This document shows positions 30,677-44,065 of a DNA stretch of 64,000 bases, in pieces. This DNA comes from the human T2T-CHM13v2.0 reference genome, Homo sapiens: assembly GCF_009914755.1 (NCBI RefSeq), contig NC_060947.1; one strand, 5' to 3'. Under the pieces are notes generated by a model. The model was not told the DNA's origin. It searched no databases and saw nothing but the letters and a program-made list of their open reading frames with translations. Both the position numbers and the translations under genes were made by a program. How positions within the stretch are numbered: position 1 is the first letter of the stretch; each line of letters opens with the position of its first letter.

Positions 30677-31760
30677 TTTTTTTCTCTTTTTTCTTCAACC
30701 TTTATTTTAAGTTCAGGAATACATGTGAAGGATGTGCAGTTTTGTTACATAGGTAAACCTGTTCCATGGTGCTTTGCCACACATATCAACCCATCACCTA
30801 AGTATTAAGCCCAGCTTCCGTTAGCTATTCTTCCTGATGCTCTCTCTCTCCCTAACCCCTCAGCAGGTCCCAGTGTGTGTTGTTTTCCCCATGTGTCCAT
30901 GTGTTCTCATCGTTCAGCTCCTACTTATGAGTGAGAACATGGTTTTCTCTTGCTGTGTTAGTTTGCTGAGGATAATGGCTTCCAACTCCATTCATGTCCT
31001 GCAAAAGACATGATCTCGTTCCTTTTTATGGCTGCATAGTATTCCATGGTGTATATGTACCACATTTCCTTTATCCAGTCTATCATTGAGGGGCATTTGG
31101 GTTGATTCCATGTCTTTGCTATTGTGAACAGTGCTGCAATGAACATATGCATGCATGTATCTCTATAGTAGAATGATATATATTCCTTTGGGTAGGTACT
31201 CAGTAATGGGATTACTGGGTCAAATTTCTGCCTCTAGATCTCTGATGAATCACCATACTGTCTTCCACAGTGGTTGAACTAATTTACACTCCCACCAACA
31301 GTGTAAAAGTGTTCCCTTTTCTCCGCAACCTCGCCACTATCTGTTGTTTGTTGACTATTTAGTAATCGCCATTCTGACTGGAGTGAGGCGGCATCTCATT
31401 GTGGTTTTGATTTGCATTTCTCTAACGATCAGTGATGTTGAGCTTTTTTCATATGTTTGTTGGTTGCATGAATGTCTTCTTTTGAGAAGTGTCTGTTCAT
31501 GTCCTTTGACCACTTTTGAATGGGGCTGTTTGTTTTTTTTCTTATAAATTTGTTTAAGTTCCTCATAGACTCTGGATATTAGACCTTTGTCAGATGGATA
31601 GATTGCAAAACTTTTCTCCCATTCTGTAGGTTGTCTGTTCACTCTGATGATAATTTCTTTTGCTGTACAGAAGCTCTTTAGTTTAATTAGATCCCATTTG
31701 ACAACTTTTGCTTTTGTTGCAATTGCTTTTGGAGTTATTGTCATGAAATCTTTGCCCATG
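30677..31760 (-). mobile_element. L1PA8-like 3' end (copy A)
   Basis: Poly(T), 3' UTR gtattaagcccagc, and ORF2 C-terminal peptides (ORF 31355-31759). Confidence 0.9.
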
Positions 31761-31945
31761 CTTATAGTTTGATTTTATTACTAGTGTGGTTTTGTTAACC
31801 ATTTTCAATTTTTTTCTCTGGCAAATTATCTGTTCATGTCTTCTGCTCAATTTTTTAATGGCCATCATACCTGTTTTCTTATTTGTTTAAGAGAAGTTCT
31901 TTGTTTTATATACACGTTACAATATTTCTATTTCTGCCTGACATT
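31761..31945 (-). mobile_element. Old L1ME-like ORF2 fragment
   Basis: Reverse complement reads aaattgagcagaagacatgaacagataattt...aaatggttaacaaa...aaatcaaactataag. Confidence 0.6.
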
Positions 31946-32003
31946 TTGTTGTTGTTGTTGCTTCCCAGGCTGGTCTCAAATTCCTGGGCTCAAGTCATGC
32001 TCC
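31946..32003 (-). mobile_element. Alu monomer fragment lacking its 5' part
   Basis: (TTG)n followed by cccaggctggtctcaaattcctgggctcaagt. Confidence 0.7.
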
Positions 32004-32025
32004 CATTGAGAACTGGAATAAGAAA

Positions 32026-33413
32026 CTGCCCATCCAATATGTGGGTTTGTGACATATGGCTCTTATTGATTTGATGTATGTGTCATCAATGCCTAGTTTG
32101 TTGAGGGTTTTTTTTTTTAACATGAAGGAATGTTGAATTTTATCAAACGCCTTTTCTGCATCTATTGAGATAATCATGTGTTTTCTGTTTTTAGTTCTGT
32201 TTATGTGATGAATCACATTTATTTATTTGCATATGTCGAAACAATCTTGCATTCCAGGGACAAAGCCTACTTGATTGTGGTGGATTATCTTTTTGATGTG
32301 CTGCTGGCCTCAGTTTGCTAGTAGTTTGTTGAGAATTTTTGCATCTATGTTCTTCATGGATATTGGTCTGAAGTTTTGTGAGCGTGTGTCTGTGTGTGTG
32401 TGTATGTGTGTGTGTATGTGTGTGTGTGTGTGTCTGTCAGGTTTTGGGATCAGAATCATGCTAGCCTCATAGAATGAGTTAGTGAGGATTTCCCTTTTCT
32501 CATTTTTTTGGAATATTTTCAGTAGGAAATGTACTAGCTCTTTTTCACCTGCCTGGTAGAATTATGCTTTGAATCTATCTGGTTCTGGGGTTTTTTCTGG
32601 CTTTTTGTCACCAATTCAATTTCAGAACTCATTATTGGTATGTTCAGGGGTTCAATTTCTTCATGGTTCAATCTTGGGATGTTGTATGTTTCCAAGAATT
32701 TTTCCGTATTGTTCTAGGTTTTCTAGTTTGTGTACACAGAAGTTCACAATAGTCTCTGAGATACCATCTGTATCTCTGTGGGGACAATAGTAGTGTCCCT
32801 TTTGTTATTTCTGATTGTGTTTGTTTGAGTCTTTCTTTCTTTCTTTCTTTCTTTTCTTTCTTTCTTTTTCTTTCAACAGTCTAGCTAGCAGTGTATCAAT
32901 CTTATATATTCTTTCAATAAAGAAACTTTTTATTTTGTTGATCTTTTGTATGATTTTTCACATTTCAAATTCTTTCAATTCAGCTGTAATTTTGGTTATT
33001 TCTTGTCTTCTGCTAGCTTTGGGGTTGGTTTGTGCTTTCTTCTGTCAGTGTGATGTTAGGTTTTTATTATGAGATCTTTCTAAATTTTTTATGTGGCAAT
33101 TCATGATTAAACTTCATCTTAACGCTATTATAGCTGTGTCCCAGAGATTCTGGCAGGATCTACATTTGTTTTCACTAGTTTCAGAGAATTTCTTGATTTA
33201 TGCCTTAATTTCATTGTTTACTAAAAAGTAATTCAGAAGCAGTTTGTAGAATTTCCATGTAATTTAAGGTTTTGAGATCTTCTTTGTATTGATTTATATT
33301 TTTATTGCACTGTGGCCCGTGAGTGGGTTTGGTATGATTTCAATTGTTTTAAATTTGTTGAGAATTGTTTTGTGACCAAGTGTGCAGTTAGCCTTAGAAA
33401 TGTGCCATGTGCA
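32026..33413 (-). mobile_element. L1PA15/16-like ORF2 segment (continuation of 27625-30676, now inverted)
   Basis: Reverse complement starts at the SAHGT codons and runs to HKPT (ORF 31995-32216); (TG)n near 32385-32433 and (TTTC)n near 32830-32870. Confidence 0.85.
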
Positions 33414-35824
33414 GAGATACAACAAAAAAAGAAAACTTCAGGCCAATATCCCTGATGAACATGAATGCAAAAATCCTCAATAAAATGGCAAACAAAATCC
33501 AACAGCACATCAAAAAGCTTAACCACCATGATCAAGTTGGGTTCATACCCAGGATGGAAGGGTGGTTCAACATATGCAAAACAATAAATGTAATTCATCA
33601 CATGAACAGAATTAAAGACAAAAACCACATATGTCAGTAGACACAGAAAAGCCCTTCGATAAAATTTAACATCTCTTCATGTTAAAATCTCTCAATAAAC
33701 TAGGTATTGAAGGAACATACCTCAAAATAATAAGAGCCATATATATAAACCCACAGCTAATATCATATTGAATGGGCAAAAGCTAGAAGCATTCCCCTTG
33801 AAAACAGGCACAAGACAAGGATGCCCTCTCTCACCACTCATATTCAGCACAGTATTGGAAATTCTGGCCAGGGAAATCAGGCAATGGAAAGAAATAAAGG
33901 GTATGCAAAGAGGAAAAGAGGAAGACAAATTATCTTTGTTTGCAGATGACATGATCCGATATCTAGAAAACCTCATTGTTTCAGCCCAAAAGCTTCTTAG
34001 TCTGATGAGCAACTTCAGCAAAGTCTCAGGATACAAAATCAATGTGCGAAAATCGCTAGCATTCCTATACACCAACAACAGGCAAGCAGAGAGCCAAATC
34101 ATGAATGAACTCCCATTCAAAATTGCTACAGAAAGAATAAAATACCTAGGAATACAGCTACAAATCACTGTTCGAGGAAATCAGAGAGGACATAAACAAA
34201 TGGAAGAACGTTCCATGCTCATGGATAGTAAGAATCAATATCGTGAAAATAGCCATATTGCCCAAAGTAATTTGTAGATCCAATGTAATTCCCATTAAAC
34301 TACCATTGACATTCTTCACATAATTAGAAAAAAACTATTTTAAAATTCATATGGAACCAAAAAGGAGCCCGAATAGCCAAAACAATCCTAAGCAAAAAGA
34401 ACAAAGCTGGAGGCATCACGCTACCTGACTTCAAACTATACTGCAAGGTTACAGTAACCAAAACAGCATGGTACTGGTACAAGAACAGACACATAGACCA
34501 ATGGAACAGAATAGGGAACTCAGAATAAGATGGCACACCAAGCAATAGGGCAAGTATTCCCTATTAATAAATGGTGCTGGAGAACTGGCTAGCCATATGC
34601 AGAAAATTTAAAGTGGACACATCCCTTACACTATATACAAAAATTAATTCAAGATGCCTTAAAGACTTAAATGTAAAACCCAAAACTATAAAATCCTGGA
34701 AGAAAATCTAGGCAATACCATTCTGGATACAGTCACAGACAAGGTTTTCATGATAAAAACACCAAAAGCTATTGCAACAAAAGCAAAAATTGACAAATGA
34801 GATCTAATTAAACTAAAGAGCTTCTGTACAGCAAAATAAACTATCATCAGGGTGGACAGACAACCTACAGAATGGGAGAAAATTTTTGCAATTATTCATC
34901 TGACAAAGGTCTAATATCCAGATTCTATGAGGGACTTAAACGAATTTATAAGAAAAAAACAAACAACAACATTCAAAAATGGGCAAAGGACATGAACAGA
35001 CACTTCTCAAAAGAAGACATTCATGCAGCCAACATACATTTGAAAAAAAGCTCAACATCACTGATCATTAGAGAAATGCAAATCAAAACCACAATGAGAT
35101 GCCGCCTCACTCCAGTCAGAAGGGCGATTATTAAAAAGTCCACAAACAACAGATGCTAGCAAGGTTGCAGAGAAAAAGGAACACTTTTACACTGTTAGTC
35201 GGGATGTGAATTAGTTCAACCATTGTGGAAGACACTGTGGTGATTCCTCAAAGCTCTAGAAGCAGAAATACCATTTGACCCAGCAATCCCATTACTGGGT
35301 ATATACCCAAAGGAATATAAAATCATCTACTATAAAGATTCATGTACACATATGTTCATTGCAGCACTATTCACAATAGCAAAGACATGGAATCAACCCA
35401 AATGCCCATCAATGACAGACTGGATAAAGGAAGTGTGGTACATATACACCATGGAATACTATGCAGTCATGAAAAGGAATGAGATAATGTCCTTGGCAGG
35501 ACGTGGATGGAGTTGGAAGCCATTATCCTCTGCAAATTAACACAGGAACAGAAAACCAAACACCACATGTTCTCACTTATAAGTGGGAGCTGAACGATGA
35601 GAACACATGGTCATATGGGAAAAACAACACACACTGGGGCCTGTCAGGGGGCTAGGGGGAGAGAGAGCATCAGGACAAATAGCTAATGGGTGCTGGGCTT
35701 AATACCTAGGAGATGGGTTGATCTGTACAGCAAAGCACCATGGCACACGTTTACCTATGTAACAAAACTGCACATCCTGCACAAATACCCATTAACTTAA
35801 AATAAAAGTTGAAGAAAGAAAAAA
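33411..35824 (+). mobile_element. L1PA8-like 5'-truncated element (copy B)
   Basis: ORF2 RT peptides ([24 protein letters not shown]), 3' UTR, AATAAA and A-rich tail. Confidence 0.92.
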
Positions 35825-35825
35825 G

Positions 35826-36270
35826 TTTCACTTACTAGATTTGCCAAAATTAAAATGTTAATAATAATCAGTTATGACAAGTGTATGAAGAACCAGACAC
35901 TCTCAGATACTGTTGTTAGGGAGTTTGAATTGGTACAAGTGTTTCAGTAGTAACTCAGAATTCTCTATTACATTGTAAAGTATGTATAACTCGTAACCCA
36001 GAAATTCCACTTTAAAAAATTTATTCTATTCATTGCCAGTTCAAGTGCACAAATAAGTGTATAATACACATTGCAGCATTGTTTTAATTATGATAAGTTA
36101 TAAAGAATCTAAACATCCCTTAAGGGGAAAGGGTAAATAAATTAAGGAACATCTATATAATGGAATATTGTACCACCACTAAAAAGAATGAGGTATACAT
36201 ATATACATTGATATGGAAAGCTGTCTATGAAATATTGTAAATTGCACCTATATATGCATTATATACATCT
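35826..36270 (+). mobile_element. Old L1ME-like 3' region
   Basis: tttcacttactagatttgccaaaattaaaa...acccagaaattccacttt...cattgcagcattgttt...atggaatatt. Confidence 0.65.
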
Positions 36271-36309
36271 GCAAATGCTATATGCTACATACATACTTAT
36301 GCAAATGAA

Positions 36310-36520
36310 GTCAGGTAATTCAGAACTGCAACAACTATCCTGCCTCCATGAAGGGAAGACTGAGAGAGTCTAAGGAAAACCATGCCACAAACATTAAATC
36401 TCCAAGGCTTGGAAAAATGTCACCTCCATACTTCTGGTTATGTGAGAGAATAAACATCCTAATTGTTTTAATCAGTTTTTGTTGTATCTTCTGCACTTAT
36501 AGCCAGAAAAGTTTTAACCA
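36310..36520 (+). mobile_element. MLT1-like LTR fragment
   Basis: acttctggttatgtgagagaataaacatcctaattgtttt. Confidence 0.45.
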
Positions 36521-36836
36521 TCATGGCTGGTTAATCAACACAGCTCTAAAACAGTGGCATGACAATTTAACAAAAATTGATGGGATATTTTGGTGTTACA
36601 TGCACACAGCCTCAGAGAAGATTTCCCAGATTAAGGAACTGCAAGGGCAGAATGGAGAATAAATTCTATTTGTTATATTTTCTTCATTGTTTCTTTTCAT
36701 TGGAAATAAGATTGAATTAAATTAAGACAAATTTCTTAGATTCATACATCAGGTAACATAATTCATATTACAAATATAAATTCTAAAACTTGAAGAATTG
36801 TTTTTTCTAAAATGCAAGCCAAAATTACTTTCATGA

Positions 36837-37235
<399 letters not shown>

Positions 37236-37259
37236 TTAGCAATATTTTGAAATATATAC

Positions 37260-37460
37260 GTCTTAAGTTGGGTTCCACAAAAAACAAAAGTCTGACGCAG
37301 GGCTTGCATGCAGATAATTTATTTTGGGGATCTGGAAAGGCTGAAATAAGGAAGGATGAACAGCCAATCGGGAAGTGACTTATTGAGCTAGATACTTCTG
37401 TGGATAACTGGGACTGGGGCCACTGGGGACCCTGCCAGGAACCATTTAGATAGCACTTCA
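37260..37460 (-). mobile_element. ERVL-class LTR fragment (LTR16-like)
   Basis: gtcttaagttgggttcc...agtctgacgcagggcttgcatgcagataatttattttgggg. Confidence 0.4.
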
Positions 37461-38332
37461 GATTTATATCTTCAAGGCCTTCTCGAGGCTTCACTTTCTT
37501 CAGCTGCAAAACGAGAGTTTGTACTTTTCATAAATTCTAAAATCCCACATAGCTCTAAATTTGTATTTGTGTCTAAATACAAATGCTGCTTTGATTGACC
37601 AAAACCAACAAACCAAAATTTAAACTGTAAGTGTAATTTTATTCATGTATTTTGAAATATATCCCAAAGTCCTAGGATATTATTATACATGATAATGCAC
37701 AATGGGAAATAGAGTAGGAAAAAGACCTTCAATTTACAAGGGATTTTTTTCCTATTTTATTATAAAGAATCTACTATGCTTAGTACTGGGAAATAAGCCC
37801 AATTGACTAAAGTTATAGCTGAGAATAGCCAATCATTCAGTTGAGGTTGTTTGGGATACTTTGACCCTGCCAATAAATATTTCATTATATTTTAGCTATA
37901 AATTGATTCAGCTGTAATAAATACGTGGAATCAAAAGAAAAGAGGGGATACAGAAACTGCTATATCAAAAATAAGAATTTGCTAGAGTGATTCAGAAAAA
38001 TAGAATTTGAAAGCAGTTTAATCACCACTAATAAAATATTGAAATTGATTTTTTCCAGTTATTAACAATTGCTTTCTTTTGACATATATATGCCACATTA
38101 TTATCTACTTTAATAAAATGCTACATATTCATCTTAACTTACTTTAGTATACATTGAATGGATGCTTATCATAACTTTATCAGAGTAATAATATCATGCC
38201 TTCTAATCTATTAATTTAATTCCATCTAAAATGGTAAGTTTATACATTAATATGATTAGGAAATTTTCCCTTTCTTAAACATAAAATAGTTTATATATTT
38301 TCTCTATATTTTGGCAATTACTGTCATATATA

Positions 38333-41300
38333 TTTTAATTTTTATTTAAGGTTCATGGGTAAATGTAGGTTTGTTATATAGGTAAACAGTGTGTCATGGG
38401 GGTTTGGTGTGCAGATTATTTCCTCACCCAGGTGGTAAGCATAGTACCCAATAAGGACTTTTTTGATCCTCATCCTTCTCTCATCCTCCACCGTCAAGAA
38501 AGCTCTGGTGTCTATTGTTCTATTCTTTGCGTCCATGTGTACTCAGTGTTTAACTCCCACTTATAAGTGAGAATATTTGGTATTTGGTCTTCTGTTCCTG
38601 TGTTAGTTCACTTAGAATAATGGCCTCCAGCTCCACCCATGTTACTGCAAAGGGCATGATATCATTATTTTTATGGCTGCATAGTATCCCATGGTGTGTA
38701 TTGCCACATTATCTTTATTCAGTATACCACTGTTGAGCCCATGTCTTTGCTATTATGAATAGTGCTGTGGTGAACATACATGTGCATATGTCTTTATGGT
38801 GGAAAGATTTATATTTCTTTGGGTATATACCCAGGAATAGGACTGCTGGGTCACATGTTAGTTCTGTTTTAAAATATTTGAAAAATATCCAAACTGCTTT
38901 CCACAAAGGCTGAACTAATTTACATTCCCACCAGCAGTGTATAAACATTCCTTTTTCTCTGCAACTTCACCAGCATCTGTTATTTTCTGACATTTTACTA
39001 ATAGCCATTCTGATGGGTATGAGATGGTGTCTCGTTATGGTTTTTACTTCCTTTCATCTAGTGATTAGTGGTGTTGAAAACTTTTTCATGTGTGTTGGCC
39101 ACTTGTATGTGTTCTTTTGAGAAATGTCTGTTCATGTCTTTGGTCCACTTTTTAATTGGGTTGGTTTTTGCTTGTTGATTCATTTAAGTTCCTTATAGAT
39201 TCTGGATATTAGACCTTTGTCGGATGCATCGTTTGCAAATATATTCTCCCGTTCTGTAGGTTGTCTATTTACTCCATTGATAGCTTCTTTTGCTGTGCAG
39301 AAGCCCTTGAGTTTAATAAGGTCCTATTTGTCAATTTTTGTTTTTCCTGCATTTGTTTTTGGTGCCTTTATCATGAAATATTTTCCAGGGTCTATGTCCA
39401 GAATGGTATTTCCTAGGTTATCTTTTAGGGCTTTAATAGTTTTAAATTTATATTTAAGTCTTTAACCCACTTCGAATTTATTTTTGTATGTGATGAAAAA
39501 AGGGTTCCAGTTTCAGTCTTCTGTATATGGCTAGTAAGTTATCTCATCACCATTTATTGAATAAGGAGTCCTTTTCCCATTGCTTGTTTTTGTCAGCTTT
39601 GTCAAAGATCAGATGGTTGTAGGCAAGTGGCATTATTTCTAGGCTCTCTATCCTGTTCTATTCGTCTACGTGTCTGTTTTTATACCAGTATAAGGCTGTT
39701 TGGTTACTATAGCCTCATAGTATAGTTTGAAGTCAGGTAATATGATGCCTCCAGCTTTGTTCTTTTTGCTTAGTATTGCCTTGGCTATCTGCCATCTTCT
39801 TTGGTTCCATATGAATTTTAAAACAGTTTTTTCTACTTCTGTGAAGAATGTCATTGGGAGTTTGATGGGAATAGCATTGAATCTGTAAATTGCTTTGGGA
39901 AGTACAGCCACTTTTACAATAATGATTCTTCCTATCCATGAGCATGGAATGTCTTTCTATTTGTTTGTGTCATGTCTGATTTATTTGAGCAGTGTTTTGT
40001 AATTCTCATTTTAGGTAACTTTCACCTACCTTGTTAGCTGCATTCCTAAGTATTTGATTCTTTTTGTGGCTATTGTGTATGGGTTTGTGTTCCTGATTTG
40101 GCTCTCAGACTGAATGCTGTTGGTGTGTAAGAATGCTACTAATTTTTGTAAATTGATTTTGTATCCTGAAACTTTGCTGAAGTTGTTCATCAGATCAAAG
40201 AGTTTTTGGGCAGAGACTATGGGGTTTTCTACATATAGAATCATATTATCTGCAAGCAGGGATCGTGTGACTTCCTCTCTTTCTATTTGGATGCCTTTTA
40301 TTTTTCTCTGGTCTGATTATTCTCTGAGATTTCCAGAACTGTGTCAAATAGGAAGGTGACAGAGGTCATCTTCGTCTTGTTCTGGTTTTCACAGGGAATG
40401 CTTCCAACTTTTGTCCATTCAGTATGGTGTTGGTTGTGGGTTTTTCATTAATGATGCTTATCATTTGAAGTATGTTTTTTCAATGCCTAGTTTGTTGAGG
40501 GTTTTTTTTAACATGAAGGGATATTTATCAGAAGCCTTTTCTGCATCTATTGAGAGGATCATGTGGTTTTTGTTTTTAGTTCTCTTTATGTGATGAATCA
40601 CATTTATTGATTTGCATATGTGGAACCAAGCTTGTATCCCAGGAATTGCGGTTTTGAATTCCATTTATCTAGTGATTAGTGGTGTTGAGAACTCTTTCAT
40701 GTATGCTGGCCACTTGTATGTGTTCTTTTGAGCCCACTTGATTGTGGAGGATTAGTTTTATTATTTGCTTCTGGCCTCAGTTTGCTAGTAGTTTGTTGCG
40801 ATTTTTTGTGTCTACATTCATAAAGGATACTGGCCTGAAGTTTTCTTTTTTTGTTGTGTCTCTGCAAGATTTAGGTATCAGGATGTTCCTGGCCTCATAG
40901 AATGATGTAGGGAGGAGTCCCGCCTCCTTAACTTTTTGGAATATTTTCAGTAGGAATGGTACCAGCTCTTCTTTATATGCCTGGTAGAATTATGCTGTGA
41001 ATCCATCTGGTTCTGGGTTTTTTCTGGTTGGTAGTCTTTTTATTACTGATTCCATCTCAGAACTCATTATTACTCTGTTTAGGGATTCAACTTGTCCCTA
41101 GTTCAATCTGTGGAGGTTATATGTTTCCAGGAGTTTATCCATTTCTTCTGGGTTTTCCAGTTTGTGTGCACAGAGACATTCATAGTAGTCTCTGAGGATC
41201 TTTTGTATTTTTGTGGGGTTGGGGGTAATGTCCCCTTTGTCATCTCTGATTATGTTTATTTAGATTTTCTTTCTTTATCTTCATTAGTCTAGCTAGTGCT

Positions 41301-44065
41301 CTGTTAATCTTATTTATTCTTCCAAATAACCAACTTTTAGTTTTGTTTAGTATTTGTATGATTTTGTGCACCTCAGTTTTATTTCAGTTTAGCTCTGATC
41401 TCTGTTATTTCTTGTCTTCGGCTAGCTTTGGGGTTGATTGGCTTTTGTTTTTTTAGTTCCTTTAGGTGATGTTAGTTGTTAATTTGAGAACTTTTTAACT
41501 TTTTTCATGTGGGCATTTAGCACTATAAACTTCCATCTTAACATTGCTTTAGCTGTGTCCCAGAGATCTTGATATGTTGTATCTTTGTTCTCATTCGCTT
41601 CAAAAAATTTCTTAATTTCTGTCTTAATTTCATTGTTTACCCAAAAGTAATTCTGAAGTATGTTGTTTAATTCCATGTGATTGTATGGTTTTAAGCAATT
41701 TTCTTAGTATTTATTTTAATTGTGCTGTGGTCAAAGAGTATGTTTGATATGACTTTGGTTGTTTAAAATTTGCTGAGGATTGTTTTATGGTTCATTGTGT
41801 GGTTAATTTTAGAGTATGTGCCATGTGCAGATGAGAAGAATGCATATTGTGTTGTTTTTGGGTGGAGAGTTCTGTAGATGTCTGTTATACCCCTTTGGTC
41901 AAATATCAAATTTAGTTCCCCAATATCTTTGTTAGTTTTCTGCCTCAATTATCTGTCTCATACTATTAGTAGAGTGTTGAAGTCTTCCACTATTATTGTG
42001 TGGTTATCTAAATATCTTTGTAGGTCTCTAAGACCTTATTTTATGAATTTAGGTGCTTCTGTGTTGGGTGCATATATATTTCAGATAGTTAGTTCTTCTT
42101 GTTGAATTGAACCCTTTATCATTATGTAATGCCCCTCTTTGGTGTTTTTTGATGATTGTGGTTTAAAGTCCATTTTGTCTGGTATTAGAATAGCAACCCT
42201 TGCTTTTTTCTATTTTCTGCTTGCTTGGTAGATTTTTCTCGATCCCTTTACTTTGAGTCTCTTGGCATAATTCCATGTGAGAAAGGTCTCTCATAGACAG
42301 CATACAGTTGGATCTTGCTTTTTTAGCCAATTTGCTGCTTTGTGCCTTTTAATTGGGGGCATTTAGGCCACTTGTATTCAAAGTTAATATTGATATGTGC
42401 AGGTTTGATCCTGTCATCATGTTGTTAGCTGGTTATTATACAGGCTTGATTGTATAGTTACTTAATGATGTCAATAATCTATGTACTTAAGTGTGTTTTT
42501 GTGGTGACTGGTAATGGTCTTTTGTTTCCATGTTTAGTGCCATTTTAAGGGCCTCTTATAACGCAACTGTGGTGGTAGTGAATTCCCTTGCATTTGCTTG
42601 TCTAAAATGGAACTTATTTCACCTTAGCCTATGAAGCTTAGTTTGGCTGGATATGAAATTCTTGTTTGTAATTTCTTTCCTCTAAGAATACTAAATATAG
42701 GCCCTCAATTTCTTCTGGTTTGTAGGGTTTCTGCTGAAAGGTCTACTGTTAGCCTGGTGGGTTTCCTTTGTATGTGACCTGCCCCTTCTCTCTAGCTTCC
42801 TTTAATATTTTTTCTTTCACATTGGCTTTGCATAATCTGATGGCTATGTGTCTTGAGGATGGTTGTCTTGTAAAGTATCTCAGAGGGGTTCTCTGAATTT
42901 CTTGAATTTGAATGTTAACCTCACTAGCAAGGTTGGGAAAATTTTCCTGGACAATATCCTCATATATGTTTTCCAAGTTGTTTGCTCTCTCTCCTTCTCT
43001 TTCAGGGATGCCAACAAGTTGTAGGTTTGGTCTCTTTACATAAGCTTATATTTCTCAGAGGTTTTGTTTATGCTTATTTATTGTTTTTTCTTTATTTTTT
43101 TCAGGGAACCAGTCTTTGAGCTCCAAGATTCTTCCCTCAGCTTGGTCAATTCTTCTGTTAATGCTTGTTATTGTTTTATGAAATTCTTGAAGTGAGTTTT
43201 TGAGCTCTATCAGTTTAGTTTGGTTCTTTCTTAAAACTACCATTTCATCTTTCATCTCCTGTATTGTTTTATCATATTCCTTAGATTCCTTGGATTGGGT
43301 TTCAACTTTCTTCTGGGTGTCAATGACCTTCGTTCCTATCCATATTCTGAATTCTATTTCTGGCATTTCAGCCATTTCAGCCTAGTTAAGAACCATTGCT
43401 TGGGAGCTATTATGGTTATTCAGAGGTAAGAAGACACTAGCTTTTTGAGTTGCCAGAGATCTTGCACTGATTCACTCTTACCTGTGTAGGCTAATGTTCC
43501 TTCAATTTGAAATTGCTGTCCCTTGGATGTGATTTTTTGCTTTTTCCCTCTTTGATGCTTTTGCGGGTTTGATTATGGCATAAGGTGAGTTTAGTAGACT
43601 GGCTTTGATTCTAGTCCACTCCTGGATCTTGGATGAGCCCCCTCTGTTTACTTTCTCTATGCCTGCATCTCTTTTGTTAGGTGTTCTGTTCCATGGTGCT
43701 CCCTCAGGCAGGGACTGCAGTTGGCAGACAGGCCGTTTCCTTGCTGGGTCAGTCCTAATCTTCCATCTGAGTGCTTCCCAGGGAAACACAGGGTTGCATC
43801 TCCCCACACAGATCAGGCAGAAATGGGACCTCTAGGCTCAAAGCTCTAGCAGGTGTGACTGGCTATGAGAGGCAGGGTTGGGTGGAGTTGCTCAACCTGC
43901 TGTCCGAGCGATTCCAGGGCAAGAGGAGGCTGCATCCACTAGCTGAGTCCACACACAAGCAAGACCACTGGGCCAGAAGCTGCAACAGGCATTGTCTGTC
44001 TGGCTACCAGTGGCGAGGGTGGGTGGGGCCACACGCCCTGCCATCTGGGGGTTTCTCAGGATACC
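38333..44065 (-). mobile_element. Near-full-length L1PA15/16-like element (decayed ORF1 and ORF2, partial 5' UTR)
   Basis: 3' UTR at 38340; collinear ORF2 peptides; ORF1 MAEMPEIEFRIWIGTK (43055-43375); GC-rich 5' UTR 43500-44065. Confidence 0.92.

Noticed and set aside
33768-34277. ORF with the RT motif FADD as an active retroelement
   Set aside because: It is part of a 5'-truncated L1 with frameshifts, stops and internal deletions (near 34160 and 34540).
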